Assembly (NCBI GenBank): GCA_951406725.2
Contig: OX597819.1
Span: 69,068,001 to 69,132,000 of the forward strand
DNA length: 64,000 bases
Origin: Octopus vulgaris
Taxonomy: Eukaryota
Reading direction: 5' to 3'
Every line of letters starts with the position of its first letter. Within the stretch, counting starts at the first letter, position 1. The position numbers were made by a program, and so were the translations under genes. Below, in pieces: positions 52,597-64,000 of this stretch. The notes beneath the pieces were generated by a model. That model had not been told where the DNA came from and ran no database searches. It saw only the letters and a program-made list of their open reading frames with translations.

Positions 52597-55500
52597 TTCT
52601 ATACTACACGCTTACTTCACAGCAGTGCTCTACCCAAAAAATGAAAACACAACAACACATACATATAAAATATGGAAGGAAACTAACATAAATATAGACT
52701 TGGATACAGCAATGAACCCTAATAAACTAGCTAACGTACGAAAATACATTCTCAACGCAAAAAATATCAGAAATAGAAATAGAACATTTAAAAGAAAAAA
52801 ATACATCAGGAAAATGTAGATAGAAGCCACACAACAATACCCAATAATATAAACACTGAAACAGTAAAGCACGAAGACAAACGTAATATTCCCAACAAAC
52901 ACGATGTAAACAAAAAAACAACAAACCCAGACCGTAAGGTTGCATAATAATACACGACAAACAGCAAGCCAAAACACGACAAACAAACATACAAATGAGA
53001 AAGAAAACGACACAAATCTAAAACCTGGAAACAACGGAGGGGAGCCTAATGATTATAATATAAAAAGTAGAAGAATCAAAGAACTGAAAACCACAGAGCT
53101 CAAAATGGACCATCGACCATACTTCCCAAAAATCAAAGTAGACGAAACAACAACATCAATCATAAATAGCATAAACCTAGCCGTCACGGAAATAATAGCC
53201 ACTGAAACAAAAAGCGATATCACTGAGCTAAATGACTTAGTATATGCAGCAGCCACTGCAGCCACAAAAGAAGCTGGATACTCACCCAAACCCATCCAAA
53301 CAGGAGTACCACCACCCCAACAAACCCTTTTCATAAATAACATCCAAAACAAAATACAAAAAATGAAAAAAGATCTGTCGATTCTTAATGAAATGGGTAG
53401 ACAATCAACGCTACTGAGCAACAAAAAGAAAACAAAAATACTCCGCAAATACAACATCACAGAAAAAGATTTACCTGAGATAAAAGAAAAGCTAAAGCAA
53501 GATATCCTTGCCAAAGCACAAAGGATCCACCGGTACGAGAAACACCAGCGCTTCTTTGAACAAAACAAAAAGTTCAACTCCAACTACAAAAAGTTCTACC
53601 AAGAACTTGGCAAAAATAAAATAGAAATCACTGCAGCACCAACGGCAGAAGAAGTGGAAGAATTCTGGAGAGAAATATGGTCGGCGAACGAACAAGCAAA
53701 ACAAAAGGAGTATTAAAACAACAAACTCAGCATCTGAGCAACTTTGGACCCCCATAACAACTGAAGAGGTCACCCAGGCACTGAAAAGACTAAGCAAATG
53801 GAAGGCACCTGGACATGACAAGATCCCCAACATCTGGTTGAAATATCTAACAGGAATGCACAAAAAGCTGGCTGAAAACTTTAACAACATACTAGCAGAG
53901 CCAGAGACAATGCTTGAATGGCTCACGAAGGGGAAAACCATTTTAATTCCCAAATCAAATGAGACAGCACAAGCAGAAAACTACAGACCAATAACCTGTC
54001 TCCCTACAATGTACAATTTACTGCAGTGATATCGCAAAGGTTGAACAAGCACCTGGACGAAAACAACCTGTTTCCAGAAAAGCAGAATGGATGCCGCAAA
54101 GGCTCATATGGCTGTAAAGATCAACTAATGATTAATAAAGCCATAACTGAAGACAGCCACAGAAAGAAGAAAGGCCTCAGTATGGCCTGGATCGAATACA
54201 AAAAGGCGTTTGATAGCATCCCCCACACATGGATCCTCTAAACACTAGCCATTAACAAAGTAGCACCAACAATCATAAAATTCATAGAGCACTCTATGAA
54301 TAAATGGCAAACAGTCCTACACCTCCAAACAAAAGAGGGACTCATGAAAACCAAAGACATCCCCATTAGAAGAGGAATATTCCAGGGAGACACGCTCTCT
54401 CCACTCCTTTTCTGCTTGGCACTGTCACCTCTATCTAATATGCTAAATAGAACTGGATGCGGATATAAATGTTACAGCAAAACGATCAGCCACCTTTTAT
54501 ATATGGATGACCTAAAACTATACGCTGCAAATGACAAACAGCTGGAAACACTATTAAAGACAGTTCATGGATTTACCAAAGAAATAGATATGAAATTTGG
54601 ATTAGAAAAATGCGCCAAAGTAACCCTGAAAAGAGGAAAACTAGTTAAGAGTAACAACATCACACTAGATAAAACCAATGAAATAAAAGAATTAGACCAA
54701 AGCCAAACTGACAAATACTTAGGAATCTATGAACTAGATAAGACACAACACACACAAATGAAAGAGAAAATAAAAAAAAGAATATTGTAGACGAGTTAGA
54801 TCAATACTAAAAACAGAGCTCAATGCTAAAAACAAGATAATAGGTGTTAACACTTTATCTGTCCCAGTTATAAGTTACAGCTATAATATCCTTAACTGGA
54901 CACTAAATGAACTAACCAAAATAGATAGGAAAACAAGAAAAATTATGACAGGATCTAGGATGCATCACCCAAAATCTGACATAGAAAGACTATATATACA
55001 ACGTATAGAAGGTGGTAGAGGCCTTATACAGCTGGAAAACTACTATAAAATAACCACCATAGGACGGCAAAAATATCTACTTCAGAAGGAAGAAAAACTG
55101 ATACAAATAGCGGCAAAACAAAAAACTGTTCTCAGTATTTAAGGAAGCTGACATATACAAACAAGAAATCATACCACCTAAAAAAATATGAAGAAGAAGA
55201 AGAAGATGAAGAAACAAGAAAAACTATAAAACAAATGAAATCCAAACTAAAACTACAACAGCAAAGAACCATGATAAAACGATAGCAAGAAAAGCCCCTT
55301 CATGGTAAATACTGGACTATACTAAATGCAAAAGAAATAGACAAAGAAAAATCCCAGCAATGGTTGGAGAAGCTCAGCACTCAAAGCAGAGACAGAGGGA
55401 TTTTTAATTGCAGCACAAGACCAAAGCCACCCCGCCAGAAATTACCAAAAACATGTAATGAAAAGAAATATAATAAGTAACTGCAGAATATGTGGAGATG

Positions 55501-56144
55501 GACAAGAAACAATAAATCATATTATCTCTGGCTGCCCAGTCCTGGCTAAGAAGGAATATATTCACAGACATGACAGAGTTGGAACCTACATACACTGGAA
55601 TCTATGCCAACATTATGGAATAACAACAGAAAAAAGATGGTATAGGCACACACCAGAAAAGGTCACAGAAAACGAGAAAGCAACCATACTCTGGGATATG
55701 CCGATGCACACAGATAGAGAAATTAAGACCAACAGACCAGATATAGTTGTCAGAGACCATGAAGAAAAAAAATGCTTTCTAATTGATGTATCAATACCGG
55801 CAGACGACAACGTGTCTCTAAAAGAAATGGAGAAACTTTCAAAATACAAAGACCTGGAAATAGAGGTAACCAGAATGTGGAATCTAAAAACAGAAACAAT
55901 TCCTATCATAGTAGGTGCATTAGGCATGATGAAAAATATTCAGACAAATACATAACAAAAACACCAGGACTTACAAACACATATAACATACAGGAAATTG
56001 CACTGCCAGGCAATGCACACATCCTACGCAGAACACTTTCCATACAATAACCATCAGAGCATCACAACAAATCACAGCACATACCCAAGGCACACAGAAC
56101 TGCGCTCGGTAGTGAAGTAAAAGCACGCTATAAAAATAAAAATA

Positions 56145-56148
<4 letters not shown>
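52597..56148 (+). mobile_element. Near full-length R4/Dong-like LINE, frameshifted
   Basis: WKAPGHD; GKTILIPK; NYRPITCLPTMY; KKAFDSIPH; RRGIFQGDTLSPLLF; HLLYMDDLKLY; CCHC; RHD; RPDIVV..LIDVSIP..K..KY; flanked by (TAA)n. Confidence 0.93.
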
Positions 56149-56206
<58 letters not shown>

Positions 56207-56208
<2 letters not shown>

Positions 56209-56400
56209 TCTGAAATTTCAAAACATCTTAGAGCAACAGGAAGTCCCATGCAAGATTGATGTCATGCAAAAATGAGCATTATTAAGCACAGCGCATATCT
56301 TAAGGAAAGTATTATCTGTCTGAGGTTTTTTTTTGTGACTTTATAGATGACTAAAGACTCCGGTGCATTTTTACTTCCACGGTGTTTCGAAGAAATAGTA
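56207..56400 (+). mobile_element. Dong-like LINE extreme 3' end (third subfamily)
   Basis: KIDVMQK*ALLSTAHILRKVLSV* plus its own UTR. Confidence 0.7.
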
Positions 56401-56429
56401 GTAATAATAAATTATAATATAAAGGCAAT

Positions 56430-58490
<2,061 letters not shown>

Positions 58491-59499
58491 GACAATAAAA
58501 CACTAGGGATATCTTGATGGACAGTAATGAGTTAGAGAAGAGAAAATTTCAAGAGGTTTGGTCTGTTTACATTTCAGTTTTACAAGAGAGGGATGTAAAA
58601 TAAAGAGCAATTTTATCCATCTGATCAATGTAGAAATGGGCAGGATTGCGATTTGTCTGAAATATCAGGGTAGTATTAGATCTTATAGTAATAGCAATGA
58701 TGAAATGTTTTTCGTGGAACGTATATATTCATTATATTACATTATTTTCATGAAGTCTAATGTGGGATGCTGAAGAAAACGTTCGAAAATGTTGCTTTGT
58801 AATGATTTTTCTGGAGATTTGTATCCTTAGTGAACAACATTGTGATGCCTTTGTTTATTTCCAGCAATTTGGGGTATGATTTCACTAAGTGGTAGTCAAA
58901 CGTACAGTGTGATATTTTCGAATATTCTTCACCAACAACGGTAAAACGGCTGCTTTTCTGCATAAATGAGAAACTTTTATGATTTATAGTAAAAATATTT
59001 CAACACATTACATTCTAATTTCAAATCCACGAAGGTCAACTTTGCTTTCACCTTTTCGGAGTTAATAAAATTACAGAAACCAGGTGAGCACTGTTGTCGA
59101 TGGCATCGATATTGGCGGCTTTTGGTCTAATTCACAATCCGTCATTATTATGAAGACTTTTGCTTCAGCAGAATATGTATACGTAGAATTATCTAACAAT
59201 ATGTAGAAATATCTAAGAATATGAGAGTAACATTTTTTTTATTTCAATCAGTGTGGAATAGATGTAGTGAAGTTTATGCATTTCCATAATGACTAAAATC
59301 AGTCGACTGCTATCGAAAATGAACTTTCTTTACAGTTGTTATTCACAAATGGCGCTTATAACACAACAATACGCAATCACGCACGTACGCGCGCATGCAC
59401 ACGCATATATACATATATGAGTGTTTTTGTGAGCCTGTGTATGTGCGTGGTGTGCATCTTAGTATACCGATGTATTTACATATACAAATGTGTGTGTAT

Positions 59500-59531
<32 letters not shown>

Positions 59532-59532
59532 G

Positions 59533-59576
<44 letters not shown>

Positions 59577-60142
59577 CTGTGTGGTGTTTGCGCATGTGTC
59601 TGCGTGCGAGTGTACGTGTGTTTTTGTGCACGCGATTGATTGGATGTACATTTGGGACTACACGATTCTGTAGAAATCGTACGGAAATAGGTACGCTTTT
59701 ATGAACAGAAAATGAAGCGTACGTATTGAATTTTTTCTACCTTGTTAGGCAATATAAAAGGAAAGACATTTAACCATTTTATTCCACAAGTTAATAGAAA
59801 ATCACTTCAAAAGATGCAAAGCGGAAACATTTCTCACGCTAAATTTACTTAAACTTCGAAACTGTGTTTTCAAAAAGAAGCTTAGATGCCGTTTCCCAAA
59901 AAGATATATATGCATCCACACACACATGCAAACACACACACACGCACACACACATACACACACACGCATACACACACACATATCAGTATATATACATCTG
60001 TATATCTGCGTACATCACTACACATATATGCATATATATATATATATATATATAAGCACATATGCATATACACATACATATATTTACACATGTATATGTA
60101 TGTATATATATATATAGACGCAGACACATACACATACAAATG

Positions 60143-60364
60143 TAGGCGTGGTCTTGTTGTATGAAGCATGTGCTTTGCAAACAAATGTTTTCGGGTTCAG
60201 TCCTATTGTCTGGCACCATGGGCAAATGTTTTCTGTTATAGCATCGTGCCGACCAAATCCTTGTGAGTGGATTTGACAGACGGAAAATAAAGAATTCACG
60301 TTGTGTGTGTGCGTGTATGTATATATGGATGTATATATGTTTGTATGTATGCACGTATGTAAGA

Positions 60365-60412
<48 letters not shown>

Positions 60413-60417
60413 GTATG

Positions 60418-60462
<45 letters not shown>

Positions 60463-60750
60463 TAGTATGTATATGTATGTATATATATATATGCATAGAT
60501 GTATATTTATGGATGCATAAATCTTAGTGTGTTGAGAGAAAGGGAAATAGAGATAGAGACACAGAGAGAAACTGTGTTCGCTCCCCCGCTGTTGGTGTGT
60601 TTCCATAGATTGGTGGCTCTCAAAATGTGCCGCGTAGAATAAGTAATACACTTAACAAAAAATATGTTGCGGAGTCAACTCATACGACTAGAAATTCTTC
60701 GGGGCTGTGTTAGAGCATGGCTGCAGTGTAATGTCTGAAAAGGAAAGGTA
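60143..60750 (+). mobile_element. SINE family C, degraded
   Basis: GGGTTCAGTCC..GCCGACCAAATCCTTGTGAGTGGATTTG..AGCATGGCTGCAG. Confidence 0.7.
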
Positions 60751-60755
60751 AAAGG

Positions 60756-60818
<63 letters not shown>

Positions 60819-60924
60819 TATATTTTATATATTTCAGATTATGTCTATCACTCTGCAATGACTAAGGAAAATAATCTAATGAAGGAGCATATAAGCCTTC
60901 GACGGGAAAAAGATGACTTTCCTA

Positions 60925-61155
60925 TCCACGCCAAAGACACGCGTACAATTAACGTAGTTCTCAGGGAGGTACAGCGTGACACAAGGTGACACGGCTGGCC
61001 CTTTGAATTACAGGTACTGCTCATTTCTGCAAGCTGAGTGTGCTGGAGCAAGGTGAAGTAAAGTGCCTTGCTCAAGCACACAACGCGTCGACAGGAATCG
61101 AACTCACGACTTTACCATCACGAGTCGAATATCTTAAACCCCTGTGACACGCACC
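60925..61155 (-). mobile_element. tRNA-derived SINE (family A-related)
   Basis: B box GAGTTCGATTCC on -, followed by TTGTGTGCTTGAGCAAGGCACTT and AAAGGGCCAGCC blocks. Confidence 0.7.
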
Positions 61156-63599
61156 TTCTTGTTGTGGTAGTCAATATGCAGGCAGGACTACCATAATCTA
61201 CCATGTCTCGCTTTAGACACATAGTGTAACGTGTTTGGAGTGCAAAGTGACAGCTGGTTCTCCGAAGAGAAATCTCCGCCGTGAATGTTCAAGTCTGTCG
61301 TTTAAGACAAAAACCAGAAAGGAAGAACAAAGTGTAAACTCGAATGAAAAATAAAAGCTAAAGCTTCCCTGAACTACTTATTCACAACCCTCAGTTAAAG
61401 GCTAATGGCACTAAGAGTGTGTATCTATGCGAGGGCATATGTTATTGTAATGTTTGTTTGGACAGGGAGGAATTTGTAATGCATCACATCTGCTATTCTC
61501 GTCGGATTGTGGTTATAATGTAAATGCGTTTTATTTTTGGATCGTTGTGCATCTAATGTCATGATATATGTGTGTAGTGAAGCCTAATGCCGTAACAAAC
61601 ATTTCTTCCTTAGTGTCCCGCTGATATATATATTTTTTTCCTTTAGTGAAATAGATAATCTGTGGCTATCTGTCGTTTTACACTATATTTATCCTATGAT
61701 ATAGCTAAACCAGCTGTTTTGTGCTATTTGTGGTCTATTATGATTTATTTTCAGTTTTACAATGAGGGAGTAATGTCAGGAAGGACGGATATAATCTATG
61801 AAATACAGAAGATATTAGTTGCACACTAACATTTATGTTGTTGCTTTATTGTATTTAACAAATGAGGTGAATGCAAGCATGGTTCAGATTTAGTTTCGTA
61901 TGTATTATCTCTACGACACGTGATACGAAAAGTGGACAGGAGTTATCCGCCGTGGAATTCGTGATAGGCAACACATTTTGTCTGTGGTTTCTTACATTAT
62001 TTTTGAGTAAGTTTTAGTGTTGTTATTTATGTTGACTTGTGTTGGCATTTAGGATGTTGGCATTAAGATGGATTTCGCTGAAGTTAATTTTAGTCTGTTG
62101 TTTTGGAGTAAGGTTCGAAGATTTTTGGTGCAGGTTTGAACCCGTATCTGGAGAAGGGTTGAGATAAGTAATTACAATGTTATCTATGTGTGTTGTTGTG
62201 CATTGTATATATATGTTTTTTTAATGTGTGTAGGAAAATTGTATACATAGTTATATGCTAGGCGGTGTATAATCCATGAATGTGGGACATATGTGACGAT
62301 CTGTTTATCTCTGTTGGTATACTAAAGGAAGTTTGACTATTTTTTGATTTGTCGGCAACTGAGTGAGTAAACTGTATTGTTGGTGCGAATGAGAGTTCGA
62401 GTGGTATATGTGAATTATATCTTTATACATTTATGCATTTGAAATTTTACGAACGTTTTGTGAGTCGCGTTTCATAGTACTTGTATTAGGGGGTTTGTTT
62501 CCGTCGAAAAAATGAAAGGGAGATGTATGGTTTAGTAATACCGAGGTCGAGGTAATTTGGATTTTATGAGCCCGTGCATAATAGCTGATAGATTTCTGGG
62601 GTGCTGTTTCATTTGCGATAAATCAGTTAAGATGTATTAGGGTTTTAACTGTTTTACGATATTTAATTTCAGACTTTGGCGTGGGTTTTCTTTTTGCTTC
62701 AAGTTATATGTGCTTTCTGCTTGTGTTGAAGCTATGTACAGCTTGTGGGGTCTTTGAGTTTGGGGATTTCCCTATTGTTACACAAAAAAGATCAAAGTCA
62801 TTGTGCAATTGGAATACACCACAGTTGGCGAGTTTAAACTTGTCTCTTTTGAATGATTCCTGATGGCTATCATTTTAGAAGAAAATATATTTGGTAATTG
62901 TCCACACTTGCTGTTGAAATGTAGCTATTTTCTCTGATATTTATTAGTGCTGCTAGTCATGTGTTGTGGTCGCTTATCGAATTGTTTATGATACTAACTG
63001 CATAGTATCCAATGTATATTCTTTGCGGTTGAAATAAAAAGCACAAAATAATTTATAATTATCTCTCTACTTCACTATGTTTCCATAATCATGTTTTAAA
63101 GGTACATTTATAAATTATCATAGGACCATAAATTGAGAGAATTAAAAACATAAGGCAGTATTTTTTTTTACGCTACTCACCAAAAATCGTCATCAGTGAA
63201 ATTTATTCAGATGCTTCTCATATTACTGTAAGCAAATGATCCCATATTGCTCTTATATTGTTATATTGTGAATATAACAGTGATCATGACTCTCGGTCAT
63301 TCCTATAACCTTACCACGTTTAGCCAATCTGAAAGCAGCCAAAACACTTAAAGTGCCACATTTTCGATGCCCTCTAGCGTGGAGATGCGCTCCAAGCTAA
63401 AAATGCTCGAGACAAGCCATATGATACGATGGTGCAGATACATTTCACTCAAAGATGGGAAAGGTAATGGCATGGAATCTATACGTGCATGTAATCATTA
63501 ACAGACAGAATTGTGTGTACATTTGTATCTGTTTGTGCATGTGCGTACGTGTCGTTATATATGCCGGAAAGCTGAAATCTACAAGTATTTTTCGATCTC

Positions 63600-63752
63600 T
63601 CTCACTGTTTATTTTTCCCTTATTCCATTCTATCGAAGAAAGTAGGCTAGGAACGTAAAAGACTTTTTCATTTTTTGCCAAGCATCAAACTAATACACTG
63701 GGCTGTTGTTCATACACCTGTCTTCGTCTTCAATTTTCCTATAAATTTCAGC
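63600..63752 (+). mobile_element. Decayed relative of the 29294-29508 repeat
   Basis: GAAGAAAGTAGGCTAGGAACGTAAAAGAC..CAAACTAATACA..ACCTGTCTTCGTCTT. Confidence 0.55.
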
Positions 63753-63759
63753 TATATAT

Positions 63760-63909
<150 letters not shown>

Positions 63910-64000
63910 ATGTATGTAAGTATGTATGTATGTATGTACGTATGTATGTATATATATATATATATCGAGAGAGAGAGAGAGAGAGAAATAGATAGATTAA

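Noticed and set aside
61700-63170. Strand-biased region suggestive of an ancient LINE (likewise 5700-6550 and 23100-24700)
   Set aside because: No diagnostic motif could be read.

Overview
AT-rich eukaryotic DNA packed with microsatellites and interspersed repeats. The SINE families and the 5S sequence look like those of an octopod cephalopod (inference). I found no convincing intact host gene, and nearly all ORFs in the supplied track are simple-repeat artefacts. The window holds a near-complete Penelope-like element (PLE; RT plus GIY-YIG, frameshifted) with direct pseudo-LTRs that each carry a minimal type I hammerhead ribozyme. It also holds several R4/Dong-like REL-endonuclease LINEs stacked in (TAA)n tracts, RTE relics, mariner/Tc1 relics, two Helitron-like elements, many tRNA-derived SINEs and one orphan 5S rRNA copy. 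The main highlight is a set of non-coding hammerhead-bearing elements that look PLE-dependent: (i) a young head-to-head array of a 360-bp unit (30978-32720) with five copies of a variant-core hammerhead, i.e. a retrozyme/circRNA candidate; (ii) a tRNA-headed, (TAA)n-containing, hammerhead-tailed SINE-like element whose (TAA)n has been invaded by Dong-like LINEs; (iii) further degenerate hammerhead elements and PLE-style inverted junctions. All ribozyme and family calls come from reading the sequence by eye and are untested. Element boundaries are approximate unless a motif is quoted.
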